Shown here: piece after piece, positions 35,521 through 48,400 of the stretch
Numbering within the stretch: position 1 is the first letter of the stretch
How the letters are laid out: every line of letters begins with the position of its first letter
Assembly: GCA_973895155.1 (NCBI GenBank)
Contig: OZ316892.1
Location: forward strand, 15,368,861 to 15,432,860
Length of the DNA stretch: 64,000 bases
From: Marsupella aquatica
Taxonomy: Eukaryota; Plantae; Marchantiophyta
Direction of reading: 5' to 3'
Translations under genes and position numbers: made by a program
The notes under the pieces: model-generated
What the model saw: the letters and a program-made list of their open reading frames with translations, nothing else
Databases searched by the model: none
Told to the model about the DNA's origin: nothing

Positions 35521-35799
35521 GTCCGTTTTGGGAGCCATTTTTGGGGTTAGAACTAGGATGGCAGTGGTTATCCAGAAAATTACTCAGGACTAGATTTTGA
35601 GAAGCTTTTGCTTTGACAATTCTCATGGCCAGGGTAGTGGGAGGCGGAGGTAGCCACGTAGTAGCAAGGCAGACCATGGCCTACATAGGACTTAGTCTCG
35701 TTTTTGTTTAGTTGATGTGATGGTCGACAAAGGCATCGTTGGCCGCCCATAGGTAGCAATAAGGTTAGGAGTGCATGTGTGTGCTGTTGAGCATAGACA

Positions 35800-36683
35800 A
35801 CAATTGCAACGGTAAGCACATGACACATCCAACTTGCAAGTAGTCAACACAAGAGATACGTGATTCACCTCCTTGAGGTTACATCCACAAGAACACACAA
35901 GAGAGATTTACTAAACTCTAAGCCCATCGGCCATACCAAGTCTCCACAGTGTAAGCTCTCCTCATCTCTCAAGTGGCTCCATAAAAATGAGCCTAAGTTC
36001 CACTTATCTTACTATTAAAGCGCCAACTCAAGTCTACTTTTCAGAGCCTAGGTCTAGAGTGAAGCCTCTAGACCATAACTCTATGGCCATTATGTGCATA
36101 GGAGAAACTCATGACATGATGTATGTACATACTAGTTTTCCTTGATAATTTTTATATGCACTATGGCCCCACCACAACATATGTGCATAAAAAAATACTC
36201 ATGTGCACATAAAGGAGAAGGGTATATTATATATGACTATTAAAATGATGAATTTTTTTTATCATTTCATTAACCTTCAAAGAATATGGATAGAAAATAT
36301 ATTTTGATAATTTTTTATTGTACTCTCTGCTATTTACGTTCAAAGAACGGGTAGTCGGGGCTAGTCCAAGCAAACACCGCTTGGCATGTAGTGTGCATCC
36401 TAGTTAACCTAACCATGTCTCCAACTACGGTTAGCCTAACTATGGTTACATGTTGTAACCCTAGACCTTGAGTAAATACCTAACAATCTCCCCCTTGACT
36501 CTGGTCAAGGGGAGGGTAATATTGCTAACCTATATGATTCCTCAGCGAGAAGTTTTGGACGAAAACCAAAATGGTTTCCCCTCTCTAACTAGAGAAAACC
36601 AGAACTAAGCCATAGTCTATTACTAGGAGTGAAGAAAAACATATATCAATAATTACAACGAATGTTAAAAAAACCCATACTTT
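35800..36683 (-). mobile_element. Minus-strand copia 3' UTR, PPT and 3' LTR remnant of the family at 2644-9138
   Basis: 35853-35995 is the reverse complement of LTR ~2857-2998; LTR start at 36485 (TGTTAGGTATTTACTC) after PPT; 36486-36683 matches 3' UTR 8520-8717. Left limit approximate. Confidence 0.85.
36007..36364 (+). mobile_element. 358-bp non-autonomous Helitron inside the LTR remnant
   Basis: A|TCTTACTATTAAAG ... hairpin cgttc-aaa-gaacg ... CTAG|T; flanks rejoin LTR sequence (gagcctaagttccactta|tccaagcaaacac). Confidence 0.75.
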
Positions 36684-39600
36684 CAATTGGTATCAGAGCT
36701 AGAGAGGAAGCCTCTTGCATGTTCGAAATGTGGCAAGCCAAACCATATGAAGAGAGATTGTCGGGTAAAGGACTCTACCCCATCAGCTAATACGGCATCC
36801 AGCGCACATGAGGTAGATTTACTCGATGATGATATTTTGTGATGCCATTACTTTGCCCTCAACGTAGTATCACATCAAGAAGATGATGGTTGGATACTAG
36901 ATAGTGCTTGTACCTTTCTCATTTGCTATAGGACAGAGTTTTTCAGTTCTTTCATAGTTTCCAACGGTTCAATGTTGATGGGAAATGGAATCCCATGCCA
37001 AGTAGTTGGACTTGGATCCATGAGATTACAGATGTTTGATGGTGTTGTAAGAATAGTGCGGAATGTGAGACATATTCCTAGCGTGATGAAAAATCTCATT
37101 TCACTTGGAATGTTAGAAGCAAATGGCCATCAGTGGAGTTCTGCTAATGGTATCCTTCAGGTTTCAACCGGTACTAAGGTTGTATTGAAGGGAAAGAGGC
37201 ACAAAAATTTGTATGTTTTGGAGGGCAGAGTAGTATGTGATGAAGCCAATGTAACCTTATCTCATGAAGAGACGGCCCGTTGTGGCACTTTCGGCTAGGT
37301 CACATGAGTGAAAAAGGTTTGGCTGTACTTCTGAAAAGAGGTTTGATTTCTAATTTGCAGTCTAGTAAGTTAGATTTCTGTGAGCATTGTGTGTTTGGAA
37401 AGCATAGGAAACCCTTCAGAGTTGGAACTCACACCAACAAGGAGGTACTTGAGTATGTACATAGTGATGTGTGGGGACCAGCCCTACTCCCTCACACTTT
37501 GGACGATTATACTATGTCACGTTCATAGACGATTACTCAAGGTATGTGTGGATCTATTTTCTTAACAATAAGTTTGATGTTTTTGCCACTTTTAAGGAGT
37601 GGAAAGCCCAAGTTGAGAATCAGACTAGTAACAAGGTGAAATATCTTCGATCGAATAACAACGGTGAATACGGTTTGGTTCTGGGGAATTTGGAACGTAT
37701 TGTAAGGAGTAGGGGATTACACGCCATCTCACAACAAGTTATACTCCTCAACAAAATGATATTTCTGAGAGGGTCAACCAAACATTGTTGGAACACTTGA
37801 GGAGTATGTTGAGTCAATCATGCTTACCACATGAGTTTTGGGCTGAAGTTGTCAACACTACAGCTTATTTGGTAAATTTCTCTCCATCAAGTTCTATTGG
37901 ATTCAAGACACCATTTGAAATGAGGTACGGGCGTCCAGCATATTACTCACATCTGAGGATTTTTGGATGTGATGCTTATGTGCTTACACCTTCCCAGCTT
38001 CAATCCAAGTTGGAGTCCAAGTCGAAGAAGTGTATTTTCCTTGGCTATCAGAAAGGTGTGAAAGGTTATAGGTTATGGAATCCAGTAAGTTGTAAGCTAA
38101 TTGTAAGTAGAGATGTATCCTTTAATGAATCTAGATCATCAAAGGAGGGGGAGAATTCTTAAGACTCCCGTACTGACAAAGGAAAATCTCCTATCCCGGA
38201 TCTCGTTGAGAGGGAGATTGATCATGAAGTGCATGATCGGAGAGAAGGAGGTGCTTCAGGCATGGAGCTGGTTCCTGTGATGGAACAAGAGGAGCAGATT
38301 GTTGCTGGGGTACCTCAAATTCAGCCAGCAGCAGCAGTAGATCAGCCTGAATCATCTACTAGAAGAACTTCCAATTGTTCTACTAGAGCTCCTACAGGGT
38401 ATGGTCAATGGGCAGACTCATCTAAGCTAGATGATATTGATATTGCACCTGATGATGATGATATGACTTTGATCTTGGAAGAATGAGAGCCTTCTTTGTA
38501 TAGTGAAGCTTGTGTTTCAGAGCAAAAGCATGAGTGGAATGCAACAATGTAGAGGGAGTTGCAATCTTTGAGTGACAACAAGACATGGGAGCTCATGGAG
38601 CTTCCAAGAGGTCAGCAAGTGGTGGACAGCAAGTGGATTTACAAGTTGAAGGACAATCCTTCAGAGGGTGGAGACAAGATCTACAAGGCAAGACTTGCTA
38701 CCAAGGGATTCACTCAGGAGAAAGAAGTGGATTACAATGAGGTCTTTTCACCGATGGTGGCTAAGTATTCCACAATTCAGATCTTGTGTTAGTTTATTGT
38801 GTTTTTTGGTCTGGTGATGGATCAGATGGACGTTATTACTGCTTTTCTCTATGACAACTTGGAAGAGATGATCTTCATGAGATAACCAGTAGGCTTTATG
38901 AAGAAGGACCAAAAGAACTTAGTTTGTAGATTGCTCAAGTCCTTGTATAGATTGAAGCAAGCTCCTAGACAGTGGAACAAGCGGTTTGTTGATTTCATGT
39001 TTGCTCAAGGTTTTACAAGGATGGTGTATGATCCTTGTGTGTATACAAAATCAATCAAGAATGATGTGTTTGGTTTCATCATTCTGGTTCTCTATGTGGA
39101 TGACATGCTAATTATGGCTAAAGATCAATCTGAGGTTGACAGACTCAAGGCAAAATTGAGTTCTAAATTTAGGATGAAGGATCTTGGTAAGGCCAAGAGG
39201 ATCTTAGGGATGGAGATTTTTAGGAACTCTAATACTGGACAATGTTGCTTGAATCAAGGCAAGTATGCAAGGAAGGTACTTGCACGATTCAATATGGAGG
39301 ATTGTAAGCCAATGAGTATTCCTTTAGCTTCACATTTCAAGTTATCATCGGCTTTCTCTCCTACGGATGTTGTGGAGAAAGGTCTGATGGCTAACATTCC
39401 TTATGAGAAGGCAGTAGGCAGTCTGATGTATTTGATGACTTGTACTAGGTCTGACTTGGCCCTAGCAATGGGCAAGGTTAGCAGATTCATGTCAAATCCA
39501 AGGAAGGTACATTGGGAAGCTGTGAAATGGATTCTCAGGTATTTGAAGGGAACACAAGACTATGGATTACTATTTGATGGCAGATCAGATAGAATCATTG

Positions 39601-40689
39601 CGTTGGTTGGCTATGTAGATTCTGACTACGGAGGCTGTCTAGATTCAAGGAGATCTACAACTGGGTATTTATTTACTCTTGGAGGAGGATGTATCAGTTG
39701 GAAGTCTGCCTTGCAGAAGTGTATCTCTTAGTCTACTATAGAAGCAAAGTATGTTGCAACAGCAGAAGCGGCAAAGGAAGCAATTTGGTTGGACAGGTTG
39801 ATCATGGAGATGGGTTTAGAGCATGGCAAGATGACTCTAAACTATGATAGTCAGAGTGCTCTTCACTTGGCTGCTAACCAGGTGATGGATAGCAGGGTGA
39901 AGCACATTGATATCAGGAACCATTTTATCAGGCAAGTAGTGTCTGATAAAACTTTTGAGCTAGTCAAGATTGATGGAAAGCTCAATCCCCTTGATGCCTT
40001 TACCAAAGTGATTCCTTTGGAGAGTTTCTCAAGACACCGTGCTACTTTGCAGGTTTTGCAATTGTAGCACAAGTAGAGTAACTTAGCAAGTTTATGACTA
40101 TTTGTATATGGATTACTCAATCCAGTTTGGTTACGGCTTAGTTCTAGTTAACCCTTGTGGTTTTTAGGGGGAGATCTGTTTAGGTGATTGTCTAGAACTT
40201 CCCGCTGAGGATTCCATATGGTAGCAATTAGTCATGTCCCCAAGACAAGAGTCAAGGGGGAGTTTGTTAGGTATTGCTCTTAGTCTTGTGACTCTATAGC
40301 TAACCGCAATTAGTCTAACTCAGGTTAGGACTTAATTAGCTAAAGATTAGCAGTAGTGCTGTTGAGTATATAGCCAGGGCTGGTGCCAGTCCCTGGTGGA
40401 TCTTCAGTTCATTGTTGGAGTTGAGCAAGAGAGAAGTAAAGGTTTGTTGCTTTCCCGTGGACGTAGCCTCGGTCATAAGGTGAACCACATACTTGCTGTG
40501 TCAACTACTTTGTATGGTGTTCTCATGTGCATGGTGTCTTGGGATAGGGATTATCCCCAACATGTGCCGCATCTGTAGAAAACTTTTAGGTTAGAGGCGC
40601 TGCTAGTAGATGGCGGCCAGCCAGGGCAGTGGCCGCCGCCACACCCCTACGGCTTGTGTGTCACGCATTGTTATTTTTGGTATTTAACA
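36684..40689 (+). mobile_element. Decayed copia element: PBS, gag tail only, pol pseudogene, PPT and 3' LTR (40265-~40689)
   Basis: TGGTATCAGAGC at 36688; CSKCGKPNHMKRDC; WILDSAC; HSDVWG; LYVDDM; KHIDIR; many stops and frameshifts; PPT aagggggag before TGTTAGG. Confidence 0.92.
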
Positions 40690-41299
40690 AGCAGCCCCCG
40701 ATAGGAGCAGGGGGAACTAAGTCTAGTGTTATTTTTGTGAGGATTAGCCTTCAACAAGAATAGGGAATTGATCCAGAATATTGAGGTGGAAAGGTGCTCA
40801 TTGTCTCATGAGGCAGGAGTTGGGTAGACGGCAGGAGGCCGGGTTGCCCATGCAATGTGTTACCTTGGCCACTAAAAGATATAGAGTTGGTTGGATTCTC
40901 ATGAATTCTTGTGTGGTGTTCTCTCTCTTTGTTGCACGATTTTGTTCTTCCCCTAGCATGAATGTTTAGAGAAAATTACATGGTTGGGTCAACCCTGTGA
41001 GTGGGAAAGTGGTGACAGCAGTTTGCCAAAGGCTAGGAGGAGTAGGAACAAGATAGTCCACGGGACTTGATCAAAAGCGGAGTACACATATAGTCAGTAG
41101 ACTTGATCAAAAAATACATTTCCGGGAGCGGAAACAAATCTACTCATCCTTAGTAGAAAATTAATCCATATAGCGTCCCTCCACGTCCCCATCATACAAT
41201 ACAAACGATTCTTAGTGGAAACCAAGCAATATTTGTTGTGTTAATCGTTTGATAAGCAGGTGACAAGAGTTTCTTGAATGAAAAACAAAATGCACATGT

Positions 41300-42900
41300 A
41301 TGCAAGCCATACCCTATGTTTTTGTTTACTATTTGTATCAAGGAAGGAAATTGCTGAGTGTGGAATGAAGCGAGGCAACAACTATTTGGAATGAATGGGG
41401 AGGTGTTTCAGCGATGCTTCATGACCAATGAAGCCATCAAAGAGTTTTGTAAAGGAATCATGACAAAGAGATGAAATCTGGTGTTGGGTTGCAAAAATGA
41501 CAACAAACAACAAATTGTGTGGCGATTAATAGCCGCAGAACGAGTAATCATCCACCCAAACCGTGCAACAACCAAAGAATAGGAGAACATCCAAATTTTG
41601 GTTTCAGATGTAGATAACTTAGCCCTTTGCAACTCCAAAACTCCCACTTCCACAACACCAAACCATTTGTAGAGATGTGTAGTGCAACCATGAGTAGCAA
41701 TTTAGTTACTGTAATAAGCAATTATGACCTCAAGTTAGAGTCACAAGCAGTTGAGCAAATGAATGAGACTCAGAATAAGCCGTTGAGCAGTGAGACTGAG
41801 AATTAAGCCATCAATAAAGCCGTTAGTAGGTTTGGGTCACAAACAAAACAATTAGGTTTCGGTTAGTTTATGGTCAGGCATGGAGTATTTAGCCAGGAAT
41901 GATTGAGAGGCTTTGTGTTACTTTTTGCATAGGAAATTTGGTTGAGAGCCGGAGCCTTGCTCTCCTCAAGATTGCCAATACATTTGTAGATATGTTCCCT
42001 ACTCAATTATGAGTAATTTTCAATTCAGGAAGTAAAGGAATGATTGTTGGTGCACTAGTAGTAATAGCGAGCAAATTCTTGTATGTGCTTGAGCAGTGAA
42101 TGAGAGACGTGAACATTGAGTGGACCAAAATTGAATGTTGAGACAAAGATTGTAATGTTGAGTAGTGAGACTGAGAATTTTGTGAGAGAGGCAAAATTGA
42201 GTGAGATAATTTGATGGACAAGTCATAGGAAGAAAATCAGAACTATTGAGATTGTAGTTTCTACAAGAAATTGTATGAGAAAAGAATTGTTAAGTTGGTT
42301 GATAGTCGACCGCAAGGATGAATGAGGATTAACTCACTTCGAGTGAGGACTTTGAGGCATAATGCTTCAAGGAATAGATTGAATAGACAACTCGTGAGTA
42401 GTACAAACTGGTTGGAGATTGTGTGTTTCAAAGGTGACACTCTGGTCATCATACACCTCCATCATAACGGGGTAATCGTTGAATTGGGATTTACTTGGAA
42501 TGCTAACCTTTTTATAAATTTTGTTCCCCTGCGAAAAGCCCCATAGGAAGGGTGAACAAACAGGCCAAAAGCCCAAAATGGCAACACATAGCAGAACGGC
42601 TGTCCAACACACACATAAACACAAAAAACAAGCAAGGGTTCATCCATCACCCCTCACCACATCAATCGTTGGATTGGAATTTCTATTGCAAATAACCATT
42701 TTTGAATTAGTCCACCACATACAAAAAGGATTGATTACCAAAAAAGTAGATCAATGAGACAATTGGACCTAGCAAGGTCACAATTACTGGAAGAATGAAT
42801 GCTGACAACAAGAATGACAAGTCTTGCTCCTTAATTAGGCTCCGACCTATTGAATTGTGGATTTGTACAATCAGTTTGCATTGATTACTTGTCAACTGAG
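41300..42900 (-). mobile_element. Possible highly decayed LINE (L1) ORF2 3' remnant
   Basis: Weak hints only (W-rich fragments, C..C...HLF near 41470-41560); no intact motif. Confidence 0.25.
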
Positions 42901-42969
42901 AAAGGAGGATGTTCTATTTTGCATTTTCACATACAAAGAGTGGAGTGGTTTCATTGAAATTGTTTACCA

Positions 42970-44221
42970 GGAAAGACTGGTCTTGACCAAAGTTATTGTG
43001 CCAAAGAAATGGTAGAAAGACGTGGATATCAAAGAGCACTTGGCTAAGGTTACAAACCTGGAGAGTGAGAAGGAAGAGGACGCCCATCCATTAGTCGGGT
43101 GATTAATCTGCTAATTGGTGAGGCAAAGTGACAAAGGACGTTGAACAATCAATAATTGCAAGGCAAAGACTATGTTTAATAGATGCAAACACTTACTATG
43201 CCAATCATGGTTGGATGTGTGGATGTTGACTATGGCCAAGATCTGGATGGAAGGAGGTCTACAAGAGCTTATGTGTTTACATTGGGAGGTGGATGCATAA
43301 GTTGGAGATTGACATTGTAAAAGTGCATAGCTCAATCAACAACAAAAGCTGAGTGCATGGCAGTGACAAAAGCTGCAAAGGAAACAATTTTGTTGGACCG
43401 ATTGGTCACTGAGATGGGATTGATATGTGACATGGTAAATCTCAAATATGACAACCAGAGTATCTTACATCTAGCTGTGAACTAGTTGATGAACTGTAGA
43501 GTAAAGGACAAAGATCGACATGAGGTTCCATTTTATTAGGCAAGCTGCGTTGATAAGTTGATTGAGCTAGTCAAGATTGAAGGCAAACTCAATCCCGCTG
43601 ATGCGTTTACCAAAGTACTTCCATTGAAGAATTTCTCAAGACATTGTGCGACATTGCAGGTTTTGTCTCTAGAGCACAAGTAGAGTGACCTAGCATTATT
43701 GTAACTTTGTATATGATTACTCTATCCTCTCTGGCTATGGCTTAGTTGTAGTTAACCTTGGTGCATAAGGAGGACCTGCTTTAGGTTTTCTTTCTAGACC
43801 TTCTCGCTGAGTACGGTTAGCAGATGTTACATACCCCAGACTACAGTCCAAGGGGAGCTTGTTAGATTAACTCTAGTCTTGGGTAAACTTCTATTTACTT
43901 AGGCTAAACCACCATTAGGGTGTTAATGGTGATTAGCTGCAACTCTTGCATCTAGCATATAGAGGGGCTAGGGAGAGCTATTCTTGGAGACTCATGGTCA
44001 TTGTTGAGGGATCTAGCTAGCTCTAGGAGCAAAGCTTGTGCAAGGAGGCTTCGTGTGGTGGACAAAACTTAGTAAAGCTCTTGTGTATTCTCGTGGATGT
44101 AGCCTTGATGAAGGTGAACCACATATCTCGGTGTTGGTGTGTGTGCATGCTTGCTTATTGTGCTCATGGTTATATCATGCCGGTTTTACCCATCAAAGAC
44201 ATCATAGTCCATCGAGCATCA
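42970..44221 (+). mobile_element. Decayed copia 3' fragment (RT end, RNase H, 3' UTR, PPT, LTR from 43860)
   Basis: DYGQDLDGRRST..VFTLGGGCISW; KIEGKLNPADAFTKVLPL; cacaagtagag; aaggggagct-TGTTAG. Confidence 0.85.
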
Positions 44222-44940
44222 TAATTATATATCACACTGCCAAATTGGGAGATAGTAGCCTAAAGGCCAAAAACTCAATGAAGAGGGGAAAGGAAATGGA
44301 ATGATCCCAAGGAAACAAAGAGGCCCCACCAGCCCAAGAGGCCAAAACAAAAGGAAAAAGAATAACTAAACCCTGAACCTCCCTCTTTCCTTTATTAGGG
44401 TGTCTCAAAGTTGGGTCATTAGTGAAAATTACGGATTTGTGGTATATCCCATAACTTTGGTTATGGGACTCGGTTATGGAATTTTAAAAATGGGGGAGGT
44501 AGCATTGACGCACCCCATAAGGCAGGAGTTACGGCCTCACCTGTCTCATAGCCCATTTTCTTCTTTCTTTTGTTCTTTATCAGCCGCCACCTCAAATGCA
44601 ATAAGCATCACCATGTCAGACGCAAAGCCCACGTGCCTTAAGTTGGGGCTTTTGGGGATTCTGGATAAATGGATTTGTGCCTAAAGTTGGGAGAAAGTTA
44701 CGGGTTAATTGTTGAGCGTGTGGGCTTTCCTTGTGGTAGTTGAAGATAGACTCCCATAACTTTTACTGGAGTTCCCATAATACTCTAGTTATAGGAGAAC
44801 CTTATCTTATTAAAGCCATGCTTTGAGAGTCCCCATTGGGTTGCCTTGCCTTTGGTACCCTGTCTAGAGGTTTGGAGTTTTTTAGGTTTTGCACTCGTAT
44901 ATGAAAACTACTCTAGCCAACTTAGGGTTACCCTGTCAAC

Positions 44941-45088
44941 GACATAGTTATTTGTTTATCACGTCTCGCACCGTGCCAATAACATTCCAAGAATATTACG
45001 TGGTGTACCGTGGTTGACATAGTTATTTGTTTATTACGTCTCGCACCTTGCCAATAACATTCCAAGAATATTCCGTGGTGTACCGTGG
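44941..45088. repeat. 75-bp tandem duplication upstream of the ATPase gene
   Basis: gacatagttatttgtttat..gtggtgtaccgtgg at 44941 and 45016. Confidence 0.9.
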
Positions 45089-45497
45089 CTAGTTTTCATA
45101 CATTTACGACGTGTCTGCCCAGAAGGTCGTGCACGGCTTTCGAAATTTCTTATACTGTACAGCTGAGTCAATTGCCGTTCTTTGTTGGCTGACCCTGTGC
45201 GCGAATCGGATCCTCTAGTAAGAACCTTTAGTAACAACTACGGTTTTGGAGTCGAGGATGCTTTCTCTGCCCTTGAGCGTAAGTTTCACTTGTGGTACCT
45301 ATTAGAGCCATGCCAAAGATACCTCACCCCGCCTTCGGCAAGTTTTCAAGCAATCGGGGTCAATCCCATTGAGCAACAATTGTCGGTGTTCAAGATTTGG
45401 ACTTCACGGCCTTCCTTCAGGCCTTCGCTTGTCACGGATCTACCAATGATCATTGAGTACTCAGGAACTGGGACAGCGCTGAGGATCCTCTGCCTGC

Positions 45498-48400
45498 ATG
45501 CCTGACAGAATGGTATCGATGTCGGATTCAGCTGATAAGATTCATGTGTCACGGATGGAAACGAGGCGGATCGTTTACATAAATGATAGTGGACGAACGC
45601 CGAAGGTCTACTGCAACAACCGAATATCAAACACGAAATACACTCTTTTAAACTTCCTGCCGAAGAATTTATGGGAACAATTCAGGCGAGAGATGCTTGT
45701 CCCTCATCCTGTGCAACTATTCACTTGGTCTAAGAATGTGGTGTCCTTGCTGTTCCTTCTTCGTCCAGTGCAGTATCGATCCTCTTTGTGCTAACAAGAA
45801 CAACGTAGCAACCTCTTGGTTCTGATTTCTCACGCTCTCGTTGGTTTGGACCTTCTTTTTGTGTTGTTCCGCAGCCGTTTCATGAACAAGTATTTTCTCT
45901 TGATTGCCTGCCTACAATTGTGGCCGCTTATCACTCCCGTCAGCCCAGCCAGCACGTGGGGGCCTCTTATATTCATTTTTGCAGTTTCCGCTTCTAAAGA
46001 GGCATGGGATGACTATAGTCGTTATATCCTGGATAAGAAAGCAAACGAGAGAAGCGTCTGGGTGGTAAAAGCAGGCGTCAGGACACGAGTACGTTTTGCA
46101 GCTCTCTACACAGTTAATTATAGCTCTTAATTGAAAATAAGGAGGTGTAGATTGTCACTGTGATCTTTGTGCCATCGTGGTCTGCTTTAGTAAGGTTATT
46201 CGAGTGATTTTTAACACGGGCTTCTCTGTAATTTGGAACGATTGTATGTATGAGCACCGAAGGCCCTCAGACTCGATGTCAATTTGAGGACGGTAAGGAA
46301 GCTGTAATTGATGATTAAGTTTTCCAGAAAAGGCACTTGGACTTGCTAGAGGCGATTCAGGAAGAACTCTTAGATATTAGGTCTTGCATTTCGTTGAAGA
46401 ACAATCAGGGTCTCAATTTGATAAGCCGGGGAGGTGGTAGCTTGTCAACTAATGTGGTCTAGCTCCTGCAGGAATGAAATGTAAGCAGAGTCGAGCACAC
46501 TGTGTTTGTCGATAGACTTGTTGGATGTGACACTCGCACGAGAATGCGTACATACCATCTCAGGAGTGTTTGGAATCCGACTACCTTTTTTGCTAGACAA
46601 GAGAGGCGTGCAATAGCATCTGATGGCCGGAACTCTAACTGCAGATCCAAGCGCAGCATATTCAAGTAGGAGACATTCTTTGGTTGCGCGACAGGGATGA
46701 AGTTCCTTGTGACATAGTATTACTTGGTACATCCGAGCCTGGTGGAGTTTCTCATGTTGAGGTGCTTACAAGATCACTTGACCCTGTGCAACCGCACCTG
46801 ACTCTCTTGCCCCCGGGGCAAGATAGGCTTCCAATATACCGTTGACTCTGGGTTTTTCCATATTCTTGAATGCATTTTAGTCAGGAGTGGCAATCCTGGC
46901 GTTGTCTCAAATGCTTCGTTGAATGAGGTCCCTCTTTTCCCTCGAAAATTAGTTATAAGATTATCTTATCAATGCATTAGTCTCGGTTGATGTGTGGAGG
47001 TGCTCTTTACGTAGCGCTTTACAACGGTCAGTAAGGAAAGAGGGTAAAATGAAAAGAAACAAGTGTAGGACAGGATCTTTTAAATCTCAATTGCATCTCG
47101 ATAGATTGGAAAGCACTATCTACACTTAGAAAAAACCAGAGAACCTGTTTTTGCAGAGGTTTTCTCATACGGAATACTCTTAGTCTTAAAGAAGTGCATA
47201 CAAATGTCAATATATAAATCACACTCGAACATCTACAAGGTTGTAGCTTACGAGCCCCTTTAGCTCAAGCTAAACTCTGCTCAAATTATTCTATTGTAAT
47301 GTTGTAGATGTATCTTATTGCTTGTTTGCTCTGAAGACAGCCGCAATGGACGGTGAAAGTGATTTGAAGGCCAGAGTTGCACCGGTTCCATGCGTTGGTC
47401 TTACCAGTGACCTCTTACACCGAATCAAGGTTGGTCTTCCTTGCTGTCCACCTCTAATGGAAATTGTGAAACTAAGAATGGGGTTGAGTTAATTTAATGG
47501 CACGGATCCCAGATAAAATTTCAAGGAGAACAAAGAAGGAAAACTAAGCTGATAGAGAAAGCCGTAACAAAAGCAAGAGAAATCCTTTGGCTTCTCGTGC
47601 TTAAATTGCATCCGGGTCACATCTAGATCTAGGTTCTCTCTGCCTCTTCCTTTCTCTCTCTCCCCCCCCCCCTCCTCTCTCTCTCTCTCTCTCTGCCTCT
47701 CCCTCTCCCTTGTTGTGACTCGGTGTGCTACTTGAGAAGCTTTTACAGAGTTCTGGTCCCCATGGCTCACTGGGGATAACGTGGAGATTAAATCAAATTG
47801 TCCATTCCTTCTCTCGTTTTGATCATTTCTTACTCTTCTCCTGGCCTGTTGGCCGTGGTCTAGATAATGTGGTCTTTGAAAGTTATATAAGCATTTTGAA
47901 AACTCCTTGCTGAGGTTCTGGCTTGGAGATATCTACAATCGAGTTAAGTACAGGACAGTTAGGCTGTGTAGGGATTTACCGCCAGATGCCTTGGAAGCAA
48001 GAACAATGAATTTTTCTGATGCTTGAGAAATATTGCAAAGTTCTGGACTCGCATTTCATGAGCAATTTCGAATTTTCCAAAGCATTTTGAGTACTCATTT
48101 CTCTTTCCGTTTTGTCCGCGATGCAGGGTGTCATAGAATGCCCACCACCTGACAAAGATATACGAAGATTTGATGGGAATTTCAGATTGTTTCCCCCCTT
48201 CACAGATAATGATTTTTGTAGTCTTACTATCAACAATACTTTGCTGCAATCATGCTTTTTGCGAAACACGGAATGGGCTTGTGGTGTTGCTGTTTATACA
48301 GGTATACAGGTGTAGTTTCCCAATTGTAGTTCCACTTCGTCATTTAAAAGCTTATCGTAGCATAGTTTAGTGTTTATCTTGTACCTTCTAAAATTTAGTA

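Noticed and set aside
44262-44852. Possible Tourist/PIF MITE
   Set aside because: Terminal inverted match is weak and no clear TAA/TTA duplication.
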